DNA of 64,000 bases. Origin: Escherichia coli. GTDB lineage: Bacteria > Pseudomonadota > Gammaproteobacteria > Enterobacterales > Enterobacteriaceae. Under the pieces are notes generated by a model. It was not told the DNA's origin. It saw nothing but the letters and a program-made list of their open reading frames with translations, and made no database searches. Numbering within the stretch: position 1 is the first letter of the stretch; each line of letters begins with the position of its first letter. Position numbers and translations under genes: made by a program. Shown in pieces: positions 35,756 through 46,271 of the stretch. The stretch lies in the NCBI RefSeq assembly GCF_030013205.1, contig NZ_CP122648.1; one strand, written 5' to 3'.

Positions 35756-36317
35756 CTATCAGGCACTGCGTGACAAGGCAGAGAAAGCAACGTGTGGTGA
35801 GTGGTCGATCGAATATGGAGATGGCAGCTTTGATGGTGATGATGCACTAATTCATCGCGAGGCTGCTGGATATATTCCCATTTGCAGAATTGAAGGAGCG
35901 CATCCTGAAAGCGGTTTCGATGAAGATTTCCAAATGGAACAGCAGGCCAATGCTGAATTCATCGCTGCAGCCAATCCGGCTACCGTCTTGGCGCTGCTTG
36001 GCGAGCTGGAAGCAGCAAAAAAGCGCATAGCAGAACTGGAAGCCGAACTCGTAAGCCAAACTTACAAGTTGAACGAGCTATCGGGCAACTCTCCGGTAAC
36101 TCCGGATGGTTGGATAAGCTGTAGTGAGCGAATGCCGGATAGCAAAACAGCCGTTCTTGTTGCCAGGGAGTTTGACAGGAAAGGTGACTGGCGAATGAAA
36201 TGGGCGACTTACATCCCTGGGCATCCTGACGCTAATGATGGGTGGATAATTCCTGGTGCGTCGTGGATACCATCACACTGGATGCAACTACCAGAACCGC
36301 CGCAGGAGGCGAAATGA
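35742..36317 (+). CDS. Ead/Ea22-like protein with DUF551-like C-terminus
   Basis: Motif ANAEFIAAANPATVLALLGELEAAKKRIAELE and C-terminal W-rich domain typical of lambdoid Ea22-like proteins (from memory). Confidence 0.55.
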   Translation: MSEIDYQALRDKAEKATCGEWSIEYGDGSFDGDDALIHREAAGYIPICRIEGAHPESGFDEDFQMEQQANAEFIAAANPATVLALLGELEAAKKRIAELEAELVSQTYKLNELSGNSPVTPDGWISCSERMPDSKTAVLVAREFDRKGDWRMKWATYIPGHPDANDGWIIPGASWIPSHWMQLPEPPQEAK

Positions 36318-36407
36318 TGGACTATTCACAGTTAAGTGATTTTGAAATTAACAGAAGAGGCGAAATGATGGACTATTCACAGTTAAGTGATTTTGAAATT
36401 AACAGAA
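36306..36407. repeat. exact 51-bp tandem duplication spanning a stop/start junction
   Basis: gaggcgaaatgatggactattcacagttaagtgattttgaaattaacagaa occurs at 36306-36356 and 36357-36407. Confidence 0.9.
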
Positions 36408-36718
36408 TGGTAGGAGACATAATTTTTAAAGGCCTTTGGGCGTGTAAACCGGAAACATCAGGGAATAACACCAACAAATGGTATTACGGAAATACTGATA
36501 CAACTTTTGAGCCATTAAACCCTTTACCTGACTACTGCAATAATCCATCGGATGCATGGCCTATTATTGTTGATAATAAAATCAGTCTAACCTGCCACCA
36601 CTCTCGCGGTGAGTGGTCAGCAGTTTTTAATGCCGACAACATTTGCTTTCATGCGAATAATCCACTCCGAGCCGCCATGATTGTATTTCTCATGATGCAG
36701 GAAAATCAGAATGGCTAA
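36314..36718 (+). CDS. hypothetical phage protein carrying a 17-aa N-terminal duplication
   Basis: ORF begins MMDYSQLSDFEINRRGE-MMDYSQLSDFEINRM; start overlaps the upstream stop (ATGA). Confidence 0.45.
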   Translation: MMDYSQLSDFEINRRGEMMDYSQLSDFEINRMVGDIIFKGLWACKPETSGNNTNKWYYGNTDTTFEPLNPLPDYCNNPSDAWPIIVDNKISLTCHHSRGEWSAVFNADNICFHANNPLRAAMIVFLMMQENQNG

Positions 36719-37115
36719 ATCAGCAGCAGAGCGCAAAGCCGCTCAGAGAGCCAGACAAGCTGCATCTGGCGTGCGTAAGCTGGAAATTGTGCTTGATGCT
36801 CAGGAAATTGAAATGCTGGAGCGTAACTGTGCCACGCGTCGCCCCGGGCGTGCGCCTTACGAATTTGGTGAGTATATAGCGTTACTGATCCGCCAGGATG
36901 ATGCACGCGTGCGCGGGCGTATAAAATCGATCAGCAGAAAACGTTGCGGTAAGTGCGGCGAGATAGTTCCTGTGAATTCATGCCCGTGTACCGTACCCAT
37001 TACAAATGGGACAACGGACTTGCTCTGCGTGACTGGCGTTATGTTGTTCGCATTGCAAACATCGATGTCAGCAATCTTTCAGAACCTTCCTCTGCCGCAA
37101 ATATTGCGAAGTTGA
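36711..37115 (+). CDS. hypothetical basic protein; possible gene remnant at a deletion junction
   Basis: 134-aa ORF whose 3' part overlaps the next ORF in another frame. Confidence 0.3.
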   Translation: MAKSAAERKAAQRARQAASGVRKLEIVLDAQEIEMLERNCATRRPGRAPYEFGEYIALLIRQDDARVRGRIKSISRKRCGKCGEIVPVNSCPCTVPITNGTTDLLCVTGVMLFALQTSMSAIFQNLPLPQILRS

Positions 37116-37333
37116 TGGTTAAAGCACTGCATCGCATTCCAAATCGTGGCATGGGTCGCCCGGTGTTCTACATGAACCGCACTGTAGGCCAGGCTCTTGA
37201 TCTGCAATCTCTGGAGAAAACATCTCTGGCGATCAGCGTAAAAGAGACAGAAGGCGAGTGGTGGACTTCATTCCGTGGTGTACCAATCCGTGAAACTGAT
37301 GCGCTTCTGGAAACAGAAGCCCGCGTGGTGTAA
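36953..37333 (+). pseudogene. possible 3' remnant of a head/structural gene
   Basis: 126-aa ORF with no proper 5' context and an overlapping upstream ORF; no terminase or portal gene precedes it. Confidence 0.3.
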
Positions 37334-37384
37334 CGCCTGTTATTAACCTGTGGGTCGTAACAGACCCACTAATGGAGAAAGAAG

Positions 37385-37753
37385 ATGATCACCGACAAAC
37401 TGTTGATGTTCTCCGAAGCTCAGGCGGTTACGAATACCGCGGCTTCTACTGACGTAATCGATCTCGGTCCAATTGACGGAAAACGTCGTGATATCGGCGT
37501 GGGTTACCCGCTTGAGTTTTGGGCGCTGGTTAACACAGCCGCCGCGGCAAGCGGTGATGCAACTGTAAACATCCAGTTGCAGGCGAGTGAGAATAACAGC
37601 TCATGGACCACTATTTATGATAGTGGCGCACTGGCAAAGACCGCCCTGACAGCAGGTAAACGAGTTGTTTCTGCAAAGGTGCCTGCCGGTGTTCAGCGAT
37701 ATCTGCGTGTTAACTACTCCGTCGCAACTGGCCCACCGGGACAATTACGTTAA
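37385..37753 (+). CDS. hypothetical virion-associated protein
   Basis: 122-aa ORF with RBS-like gagaaagaag upstream. Confidence 0.4.
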   Translation: MITDKLLMFSEAQAVTNTAASTDVIDLGPIDGKRRDIGVGYPLEFWALVNTAAAASGDATVNIQLQASENNSSWTTIYDSGALAKTALTAGKRVVSAKVPAGVQRYLRVNYSVATGPPGQLR

Positions 37754-37794
37754 CGGCAAGCGCCTCTATTTTTGGCGCGGAGCAGGTAGGCAAA

Positions 37795-38391
37795 TTGTTC
37801 TATCTGGAACAGCCTGCAGTGGATTCTGTGCCGGTAACCAGCAATACCGCTGTAGTGGTTCGTGCCAACAGGAACGTCCCGCCATCCCTCAGGAATACGG
37901 CCACCACGAACTGGCAGATGGCGCGCCGGACATTTGGAGGCCTGTCTCATCTTGAAGGCCAGACCGTAAACATTCTCTCTGATGCGAGCGTGGAACCACA
38001 GAAAGTGGTTTCCGGAGGTGCCGTCACGCTGGAATCTCCGGGGGCTGTAGTGCACATCGGCCTGCCAATAACTGCTGAATTCGAAACACTGGATATCAAC
38101 ATTAACGGACAGGAAACGCTGCTGGACAAAAAACAGGTGATCCCCTCCGTTACTCTGGTTGTGAATGCCAGTCGCGGCATCTGGGCGACTACGCCTGGCG
38201 GTAAATGGTACGAATATCCACAGCGTGAATTCGAGTTCTACGATGATCCTGTTGATGATGCTACCGGAAAAGTAGAAGTGAAACTGGACAGTAACTGGGG
38301 CAAAAACGGACGTGTAAAAATCCGTCAGCTTGATCCGTTGCCGCTGTCTGTTCTTGCCGTTATTCCTCGCCTTACTGTTGGGGGATTTTGA
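37795..38391 (+). CDS. hypothetical structural protein
   Basis: 198-aa ORF in the structural cluster. Confidence 0.4.
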   Translation: MFYLEQPAVDSVPVTSNTAVVVRANRNVPPSLRNTATTNWQMARRTFGGLSHLEGQTVNILSDASVEPQKVVSGGAVTLESPGAVVHIGLPITAEFETLDININGQETLLDKKQVIPSVTLVVNASRGIWATTPGGKWYEYPQREFEFYDDPVDDATGKVEVKLDSNWGKNGRVKIRQLDPLPLSVLAVIPRLTVGGF

Positions 38392-38855
38392 TGATCGACG
38401 TTAAAATTATTCCCGCTACCGAAGAGCATCTTCAGATGATTTTGCCGGATGTTCGTCAGGCTGATATTGACGAACTGTATGCGGTATCGCTGATGACTAC
38501 CGAAGATGCGCTGCGTGTTGGTCTGCGCACTGCGACTATGGCCTGGTCAGGGTTCGCGAACGGAGAACTGGTAACCATGTTTGGTGTATCTCCGGCGTCA
38601 ATGATCGGTGGCAATGGTACGCCTTGGCTGGTAGGAACCAGCCGTATTGAAAAATATCAGAAGACATTTCTTCGCCACTGCCGACCTGTATTGCAGCAGA
38701 TGCTGGCAGTTTATCCGCGCCTGGAAAACTACGTCGACGAGCGAAACCATGTTGCCAAAGCATGGCTGCACTGGCTTGGATTCAGGCTTGAAGAAGCCGC
38801 GCCTTATGGTGCTCTTGGTCTTAATTTCCACAGATTTCACATGGAGAGAAAATAA
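38388..38855 (+). CDS. hypothetical virion protein
   Basis: 155-aa ORF, stop/start overlap with neighbours. Confidence 0.4.
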   Translation: MMIDVKIIPATEEHLQMILPDVRQADIDELYAVSLMTTEDALRVGLRTATMAWSGFANGELVTMFGVSPASMIGGNGTPWLVGTSRIEKYQKTFLRHCRPVLQQMLAVYPRLENYVDERNHVAKAWLHWLGFRLEEAAPYGALGLNFHRFHMERK

Positions 38856-39400
38856 TGTGCGATCCGGTTATTGCTGGTGGCGCAATGCTCGCCATGAGTG
38901 GCATTCAGGCATACACCCAGTACCAACAGGGAAAGTATGCCTCGAAGGTTGCAGAAGCGAACGCAGATATAGCCACAGCTCAGGCAAATGATGCAATAAA
39001 CAGAGGTAACGCTGAAGCTGAGCAACGGCGCAGAGAGACGCGACAGCGGCTTGGTACACAGGCGGCGACAATGGGGGCGACCGGCGCTGATTTATCTACC
39101 GGTAACGCGCTGGATATATTTGGTGACACTGCTCAGTTTGGCGCTCTTGATTCGCTGACGACGGTGAATAACGCGCAACGCGAGGCTTACGGTTATCAGG
39201 TTCAGGCTGCCAACTATAAAGCAGAAGCCAGTTCAGCCCGTAAACAGGGGAATGTGGGAGCAGCAACAACATTGCTCACTGCGCCTCTGAAGGCATACGG
39301 TGCGTACCAGATGTTTGGTGGGACGTGGAGTCCGTTTACTCAAAGCACCCCCGCGCCAATCAGGGCAGCAGCAGGAACCAGATTACCCGGAGGATTATAA
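38855..39400 (+). CDS. internal virion/ejection protein (small)
   Basis: 181-aa Ala/Gln-rich protein directly upstream of the SLT-domain protein, as in podovirus ejection-protein sets. Confidence 0.45.
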   Translation: MCDPVIAGGAMLAMSGIQAYTQYQQGKYASKVAEANADIATAQANDAINRGNAEAEQRRRETRQRLGTQAATMGATGADLSTGNALDIFGDTAQFGALDSLTTVNNAQREAYGYQVQAANYKAEASSARKQGNVGAATTLLTAPLKAYGAYQMFGGTWSPFTQSTPAPIRAAAGTRLPGGL

Positions 39401-42021
39401 TGCCAGTCGTACCAACAGTATCCGGACGTCAGGTTGAGAGCCGTGGAGTTCAGTCAGCAGGCTTGCAGACGTTTTCTCAGCCAGGTATTGGTGATGCTTT
39501 TGTTCGGGCAGGGACAGAGGCAATTGATGTTCTGGGTCAGGCAAAACAGCGCGCCAATATTGCCTTGATTCAGGAGGCATCCCTTAAACTCAGTCAGACA
39601 GGCAGTGATCTGCTGAATAATCCTGAAACAGGATTGCTTAACCTGAAAGGGAAAAATGCTATTGGAAAAGGTCAGGAGTATACGCAGCAGTTTGATGCCC
39701 AGGTCGAGCAACTGGCTATGTTGCTGCCGGATGAACAGGCTCGTAATGCTTTCATGCAGCAGGCGCAGCAGCAGCGCATTCAGTTCACTACGCAGGCCGG
39801 GAGGTACGAAATAGGACAGGTTCGCCAGTATGAGGCGGATATGCAGGATGCGACACTAAAAAACCTATCGATGCAGTTCCGTAACCCGACAATGGCAAAC
39901 CAGGCAGGATTGAAGGCATATCATAGCATCATCGCTTACGGCGAAGCCCACGGCCAGAGTCAGGAAGAGATCGAACAGAACTGGGTTTCGTGGCGCGAGA
40001 ATGCCGCGAACGGTGCGGCGGAGGCGTGGTATGTGCCGATGTATCAACAGATGATGGGTCCGAACGGCAAGATTGAGGTAACCGATACACCGAGTGAGGC
40101 GCAGTTATTCTCTGCAATAATCTGGCAGGAGAGTGGCGGAAATCAGTACGGAAAGGACGGAACACCTCTGGTGTCGCCAAAAGGCGCTGTTGGCGTAGCG
40201 CAGGTGACGGAAGATACTGGCCCCGAAGCTGCCCGCCTTGCTGGCGTGCCGTGGGACCGCGATAAATGGTTGAATGACCCGCGCTATAATGCCCGCTTGG
40301 GGCAAGCTTATTTCGGCGCGCAGATGAAGAAATACGACAATAACCCGGTTCTGGCAGTAGCTGCCTATAACGCTGGCCCAGGAAAGGTTGACGGCTGGAT
40401 TAAACAGATTGGCGACCCGCGCACAGGCGAAGTCAGTAACGCCCAGTTTGCCGCAGCTATCCCATACGACGAGACGCGCAATTATGTGGCAAAAGTAACT
40501 GGCAGTGCTGGAGCTATTCCTGGATCTGCGACGATGGAAAACCTCATCGCACAGCCATTCTGGAACGCCATGAGTCCGGACAAAAAGTCGCAGATGATGA
40601 GCAAGGTTGCTGGCATGTACGACATGCAGGCTTCAGCCGGTCGCGTTGCGCTACAGAGTCGAATGCAGGACGACCTATCCAAAATTGAGGCCGGTAAGCA
40701 GGTGACGCCTATTTCAGCGCACGAATGGGCCGCCGTTATGCCGCTTCAGGCAGCGCCTGCCGAGCGCCTGCAGATGGAAAAAACCTTCCAGCAATACCAG
40801 CAGGCAATGACGCTACAACCTGTTTATCAGACCATTATGCAGGGCAACGTCCAGCAGGGTACCGCCGCCGTGCAGGCAATGGCACCGCAGGAAAACGCCC
40901 CTGACTTTAAATACAAAGCAGAGCTTTATGCATCGGCAAAGGTCAAGCTTGGGCAGGTACTGAAGGCGCGGGAAGCGGATCCGGGGGCATGGCTGCAACA
41001 AAACTCTCCGGTTGTGCAGGCTGCATTCCAGCAGTACCTGAATGACCCTTCATCTGGTGAATACCTAGTTTCCCGCATACAGTCTGAAAAAGACCGCCTG
41101 GGGATAATGAGCAAAAAAGTTTTACCGGAGTCCATGGTCAATGATGTACTGCAGCGTATTGACAACACGCAGGAATCTAGCGTTAAGGCCATTCAGTCGG
41201 TGGCGCAGTCGTTCGGCAAATACTCGGATCAGGTGATGCGGCAGGTGCAAAATAAAGCATTCCCAGCTTTAAAGGTTGTAATGTCTACAGAAAACCAACG
41301 GGCAGCAGATGCGTTGTGGCAAATACGGAATGTACCTACTTCTGATTTGAGATCTGGTTTGGATAAAAACCAGGCAGACAGTGCAGACTCATCGTGGACA
41401 GATCAATTTAAAGATTTTTCTTCAACTCTTATTCCTCAGAGAAATGGTGCTGAAAACTGGACTATTTATAACGAGCAGGGAAAACGCTTGACCTACAACT
41501 ACATGCAGCGCGGAATGTCGGCGTCTGATGCAGCAAAACAGGCGTATCAGGACCTTCTCGGCGAGCAGTACCAGACCAATGGCACTTGGCGGCTACCTAA
41601 TCGTGCAGGGGTAGATATTCGTGACGTTAACGATGGTGCCAATGCGTATCTGAAAAACCTGTCAGCAGATCAGATTATGCCGCTTATTGGTGACCCAAGG
41701 CTACCTGATGAGGTCAACCGTGAGCAGAGTATCTCCCGCATTCGTGATAATGCGCAGTGGGTTACCAACAGCGACGAAACAGGACTTACCCTGATGCTCA
41801 ACGGGCTGATCGTCAACGGTGCCGACGGCAACCCGATTACGGTGACGTTCAACGATCTGGCGAAACTGGGAACAACCAACCGATCAGTATGGAACCGCAT
41901 TACCAAGTTCATTGATACTCCGGTGAAATATACTCCCGGACAGTCTAAGGAATACAGCGCAGAAAGTCAGCGCGACAACCTGATTAACATTTTCCAGAAC
42001 GGCCAGCAATCAGGACGATAA
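39400..42021 (+). CDS. internal virion protein with soluble lytic transglycosylase (SLT) domain
   Basis: SLT motifs AIIWQESGGNQ...GAVGVAQV and AYNAGPGKV; start set at MPVVPTV where ATG overlaps the upstream stop. Confidence 0.7.
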   Translation: MPVVPTVSGRQVESRGVQSAGLQTFSQPGIGDAFVRAGTEAIDVLGQAKQRANIALIQEASLKLSQTGSDLLNNPETGLLNLKGKNAIGKGQEYTQQFDAQVEQLAMLLPDEQARNAFMQQAQQQRIQFTTQAGRYEIGQVRQYEADMQDATLKNLSMQFRNPTMANQAGLKAYHSIIAYGEAHGQSQEEIEQNWVSWRENAANGAAEAWYVPMYQQMMGPNGKIEVTDTPSEAQLFSAIIWQESGGNQYGKDGTPLVSPKGAVGVAQVTEDTGPEAARLAGVPWDRDKWLNDPRYNARLGQAYFGAQMKKYDNNPVLAVAAYNAGPGKVDGWIKQIGDPRTGEVSNAQFAAAIPYDETRNYVAKVTGSAGAIPGSATMENLIAQPFWNAMSPDKKSQMMSKVAGMYDMQASAGRVALQSRMQDDLSKIEAGKQVTPISAHEWAAVMPLQAAPAERLQMEKTFQQYQQAMTLQPVYQTIMQGNVQQGTAAVQAMAPQENAPDFKYKAELYASAKVKLGQVLKAREADPGAWLQQNSPVVQAAFQQYLNDPSSGEYLVSRIQSEKDRLGIMSKKVLPESMVNDVLQRIDNTQESSVKAIQSVAQSFGKYSDQVMRQVQNKAFPALKVVMSTENQRAADALWQIRNVPTSDLRSGLDKNQADSADSSWTDQFKDFSSTLIPQRNGAENWTIYNEQGKRLTYNYMQRGMSASDAAKQAYQDLLGEQYQTNGTWRLPNRAGVDIRDVNDGANAYLKNLSADQIMPLIGDPRLPDEVNREQSISRIRDNAQWVTNSDETGLTLMLNGLIVNGADGNPITVTFNDLAKLGTTNRSVWNRITKFIDTPVKYTPGQSKEYSAESQRDNLINIFQNGQQSGR

Positions 42022-42022
42022 C

Positions 42023-43720
42023 ATGCCAATTTACACAGATGATCCGGGACAGGGAATTAACCAGCCAATTGGCAACGCGCCAGCAGGGCTTGGCGAATCG
42101 CTGCTTTCTTCCCTTAAGCAGGGATTTGAAGAGGGGCCGGTCATGTCCGGCTACCGTTTTGCGCAGGCCGACTCGCTGGCGAATGACCCAAACTCTACAG
42201 TTATCAGTAAGCAGGAAGCGGATGAGCTCCTGAAGCAGTACGGCGTAAAGAGCATAAACGTGCCAGATTCTGGCGTTACGCAGGCTTTTCTCGATCATGT
42301 TATTGCCGAACGCAAAGATTCTCTGGCACGCCAGCAGATCGCGATGTCGGCACCGAGCGGGTGGGTAGCCACGCCGCTTAATTTCGCAGCCAGCCTAGCT
42401 GGTTCAATGGCAGATCCTGGTAACGTGGCGCTGGCGCTGGTTCCGTTCGCTGGAGAAGCAAAGGCGGCTTCTGTGCTTGGCCGATTTGGCGAGCGATTTG
42501 TTGCTGGTGCACGCATGGGGGCAGCGCAGGCGTTGGTGACCGTGCCGCTTACCGGGCTGGCAGCGGCGGCGGAAGGTGACGACTTCACCTATAGCAACGC
42601 GTTGGAAAGTACTTTCTTTAACACGATGGCTGGCGGTCTAATGCATGCCGGCGGCGGCCTTATCGCCGATATCGTGCGACCGCGTCGCGTTCCCGATGCT
42701 GCAACGGGAGAGTCCCCGGCGTTTTCTGGCGATGCGCAGCCAACCCCGGTGATAACGCCTGACAACATTCCGGCGGGCGTGAATATCCCTGAGGTTGGCG
42801 CTAACGCAGATCTGGCGGCGGCCATTTCCAGTGAAGCGGAGAGCTACGCATACAGCCGGGCTTATGACGACGTGGTTCCTGACTATATGGCGCGCCAGCA
42901 GGAGTTACAGAGCGGGCAGATCGGTAACGTTGCCGACCTGCGTGCCGAGCTTGCGGCTAATCAACGTCATGCTGACTCGCTTGATGCGACGCTGCAGCAG
43001 CGCACCAAAAAGTATCAGGGGCAGCGGATGAAGTTTAAGGATGCGCGCTCTAGGGCACTGAAAGAGATTCAGGCCGAGAAAGACGCCATCGCTGCACGCA
43101 ATCAGGAGATCAACACATCGCTGGAGCAGAACGCGACAGCAGAGCAGGCGCGCTGGCGCCAGTCTCAGATTTCCCGCGGCGAGATCCCCGACGACCTGAA
43201 AGTCACCATTTCCGAGCGTGCGCAGCAGATCCTGGACGGCATGCAGATGTCTCCGGTCGCTGGCGCAGTTCGCACTGCCGCAAGCGCCATCAGGGATGCT
43301 GACTGGAGCGTGAACCAGCAGGCGTATCGCGCTGCGCTGGCACACATGATGGAAGGACGTATCCCAGATGTTGAGCCCTTCTATGAACTGCACAAACCGG
43401 CACTGCGTGAACGCGCCATCCATCGCATACAGAACCCGGCACGGCAGGTTGATGAAACGGCTCGCCCAGCAAGCGAAACAGCCGATCGGGTTTATCAAGA
43501 AACGCAAAAGGCAGATCATGAAATTACCGCTGCCGCTGCAGACCTTGATAACGAGCTCAACCTGAGTAACGCACTGCTTGACGATATCGCTGTCGATAAC
43601 CCTGATCTTGCGACCACGTTGCGCCAGAAACTCAATGATATTCGTGCCGACGCCAGCGACAATAGCATGAGCAACGCTTTCCGGGCATTTGCCGCCTGTA
43701 TGATTAACCGGGGGATGTGA
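42023..43720 (+). CDS. internal virion/ejection protein
   Basis: 565-aa ORF, Ala-rich, translationally coupled within the core-protein operon. Confidence 0.45.
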   Translation: MPIYTDDPGQGINQPIGNAPAGLGESLLSSLKQGFEEGPVMSGYRFAQADSLANDPNSTVISKQEADELLKQYGVKSINVPDSGVTQAFLDHVIAERKDSLARQQIAMSAPSGWVATPLNFAASLAGSMADPGNVALALVPFAGEAKAASVLGRFGERFVAGARMGAAQALVTVPLTGLAAAAEGDDFTYSNALESTFFNTMAGGLMHAGGGLIADIVRPRRVPDAATGESPAFSGDAQPTPVITPDNIPAGVNIPEVGANADLAAAISSEAESYAYSRAYDDVVPDYMARQQELQSGQIGNVADLRAELAANQRHADSLDATLQQRTKKYQGQRMKFKDARSRALKEIQAEKDAIAARNQEINTSLEQNATAEQARWRQSQISRGEIPDDLKVTISERAQQILDGMQMSPVAGAVRTAASAIRDADWSVNQQAYRAALAHMMEGRIPDVEPFYELHKPALRERAIHRIQNPARQVDETARPASETADRVYQETQKADHEITAAAADLDNELNLSNALLDDIAVDNPDLATTLRQKLNDIRADASDNSMSNAFRAFAACMINRGM

Positions 43721-46269
43721 TGGCAGCAAACGAATTTTTGACGCAGTGCGAGCGCAGTGTAAATGCTGCCGCTGGTCGCGAGCTTTCTTCCGATGAGATG
43801 GAGTCGCTGGTGCGTGACATGAACGACACCACTAGGCGAATTCTGGCGACCAATGAGGCGCTGTCTCTGGAAGAGGCCGCGATGCGCGCAGCGGAAGAAC
43901 TGAGCAATGCCGATATGCTGGCAAAACAGATTGAGGCTCGCAATAAGGCAATCAACACCCGTATTGCCGCACAACGACTTAGAGAGCTTCGTACTATCTG
44001 GAAAGACCGCCCGGATATCGGGCTTGAAGCAATGCTGGTTGGCCGCAACGATGCGCGTACCGGCGCCCGCCGGTCGGTATCTTCGGAGGTGGCGCAACTG
44101 CGCGGCAAGTATCATTCCGGTATCAACTACGATTTTGACCGTGCCGGGCTGGTGCAATTCATCGCCAGCGGCAGCAATGACAGGGAAATTGCCGATGCAA
44201 TGTGGCGCATAGGGCGCGGGCAGTCAACTGACGGTATGACAAAGCAATCCGTAAGCGCTGCACAAATCATCATGAAATGGCAGGAAACTGCGCGCATTGA
44301 TGAGAACCGCGCCGGGGCATGGATACGCAAAGAGCCGGGCTATATAGTGCGCCAGTCACACGACATCATGAAGATCCGCGCCGCAGGTTATGAAGCATGG
44401 CGAAATGCTATTCTCCCGCGCCTTGATGAGCGCACTTTTGACGGCGTGGCTGACCGCGAGCAGTTCATGCGTAACATTTATAACGGGCTGGCTTCCGGCG
44501 TGCATCTTACATCTGAAAAGCCAGATTGGATGAATGGCTTTAAGGGATCGGCGAACGCAGCTAAACGCGCCAGCCAAGAGCGAATTTTGCACTTCAAAGA
44601 TGGTATCTCGTGGCACGAGTACAACCAGCAATTCGGCACCGGCAGCCTGCGAGAGGCGCTGTTTGGTGGCTTAAACAGCGCTGCCCGCACAACGGGCATG
44701 ATGCGCGTACTGGGCACTAACCCACAGAACATGTTTAAGTACCTGACGGACACCATTGCTGAAGATATCAGCAAATCCGGAAGACCGGCAGCGTTGGCTG
44801 ACTACATGACGAAGGTGCGTCGCATTAACCGTACCGTAATGCCGCAGGTTGACGGCTCGCTAAATATTCCTGGCAGCGTAGGCTGGGCCAATGCGTCGGC
44901 GGCTGTACGCGGCTGGTTGCGTATGAGCCAGCTTGGTGGCGCGGTAATCTCATCGTTTAACGACGTGCCTATCGCCGCTACCGAGATGCGCTACCAAGGG
45001 CAGAATTTTATGCAGGCGTTGCTTGGTGCTATGAGAGGCCGCTTCACGCGTTACAACAGCGCGGAGCAGAAAGAGATCCTTTCCTCTATCGGAGTTTATT
45101 CCGACTCCATGACGCAGGAAATCATCCGGCGCATATCTGGTGATGACACGCTGAATGGAAAACTTGGTCGCGCGCAGCAGCTTTTCTTTAAGTACAACCT
45201 CATGAACTTCTGGACCGAGAGCGGTCGTAACAGCAACGCCATGATGATAACCAACTGGCTTGCAAAGAATGCTGACCAGTCTCATGCGCGGCTACCGGAA
45301 GACCTGCGACGCGTGCTGGATCTGCACGGTATTGGCGAACGTGAGTGGGAAATTTTTCGTAACATGGACATGGCCGATAGCGAAGGTCGTAAGTTCATGA
45401 CGACCAGCGGCATGCGCGGCGTGCCTGACGAAGTGATTGCCGGTTATGTAGAGAGTAAGGGGATCAAACCAACGCAGCGCGCTATCGCTGACGCACGCGA
45501 TCAATTGGAAGGGCAGTTGCGCGGCTACATCCTTGACCGCCTGAATATCGCCATGTCAGAGCCTGGCGATCGCACGCAGGCGTTTATGAAGATGGGCACG
45601 GTGCCAGGAACGGTGGCTGGGGAAGCAATACGATTCGCTGGTCAATACAAATCGTTCACTGCAAGCTTCATGCAGAACGTACTAGGACGCGAAGTATTCG
45701 GGCGTGGTTATATTCCTGCTGGGCTTGGTGAGTCGAAAACCGGATCGCTGACGAATGCGCTGCTACGTAACGGGAAGGGGGCTTTCCTTGGTGCTGCAAA
45801 CCTCTTTGTCTGGGCGACTATGTTTGGTTATATCTCCATGCAGTCAAAACTCATGCTGAAAGGGCAAACACCACGCCCGGCAGATGCCAAGACGTTTCTC
45901 GCAGCCGCATCTCAGGGGGGCGGTCTTGGCATCTTGGGTGACTTCATGTTTGGCGAGGTCAACCGCATGGGGGCCGGGCCGGTTACGTCGCTAATGGGGC
46001 CAGCAGCATCGAACGCTGACAGCATTATCACGCTGCTCCAGCAGACCACGAGAGGGGATGCAGATTTGGGTGACTGGTATCGCACGGCACTTGACAATAC
46101 GCCATTCCTCAACGTGTTCTGGCTTCGTACGGCGATGAATGGTTTAATATTGAACCGGATACAAGATGCCCTTGACCCAGGCTCTCTTGAGCGTTATCAG
46201 CGCCGTGTTGAGCGTGAGCAGGGTAACGACTTTTTGATCCCACCATCGCAGTTCATGCTAGGTAAATAA
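43717..46269 (+). CDS. large internal virion/ejection protein
   Basis: 850-aa ORF without Walker A or portal features; last gene of the core operon. Confidence 0.45.
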   Translation: MMAANEFLTQCERSVNAAAGRELSSDEMESLVRDMNDTTRRILATNEALSLEEAAMRAAEELSNADMLAKQIEARNKAINTRIAAQRLRELRTIWKDRPDIGLEAMLVGRNDARTGARRSVSSEVAQLRGKYHSGINYDFDRAGLVQFIASGSNDREIADAMWRIGRGQSTDGMTKQSVSAAQIIMKWQETARIDENRAGAWIRKEPGYIVRQSHDIMKIRAAGYEAWRNAILPRLDERTFDGVADREQFMRNIYNGLASGVHLTSEKPDWMNGFKGSANAAKRASQERILHFKDGISWHEYNQQFGTGSLREALFGGLNSAARTTGMMRVLGTNPQNMFKYLTDTIAEDISKSGRPAALADYMTKVRRINRTVMPQVDGSLNIPGSVGWANASAAVRGWLRMSQLGGAVISSFNDVPIAATEMRYQGQNFMQALLGAMRGRFTRYNSAEQKEILSSIGVYSDSMTQEIIRRISGDDTLNGKLGRAQQLFFKYNLMNFWTESGRNSNAMMITNWLAKNADQSHARLPEDLRRVLDLHGIGEREWEIFRNMDMADSEGRKFMTTSGMRGVPDEVIAGYVESKGIKPTQRAIADARDQLEGQLRGYILDRLNIAMSEPGDRTQAFMKMGTVPGTVAGEAIRFAGQYKSFTASFMQNVLGREVFGRGYIPAGLGESKTGSLTNALLRNGKGAFLGAANLFVWATMFGYISMQSKLMLKGQTPRPADAKTFLAAASQGGGLGILGDFMFGEVNRMGAGPVTSLMGPAASNADSIITLLQQTTRGDADLGDWYRTALDNTPFLNVFWLRTAMNGLILNRIQDALDPGSLERYQRRVEREQGNDFLIPPSQFMLGK

Positions 46270-46271
46270 TA

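Noticed and set aside
37665-37955. 96-aa ORF overlapping two structural-region ORFs
   Set aside because: Overlaps both neighbours in a different frame without an RBS; more likely a frame artefact or deletion scar.
39325-39399. Upstream start (MESVYSKHPR...) for the SLT-domain protein
   Set aside because: That region is the 3' end of the preceding gene; an RBS (ggagga) and a stop/start overlap favour the ATG at 39400.
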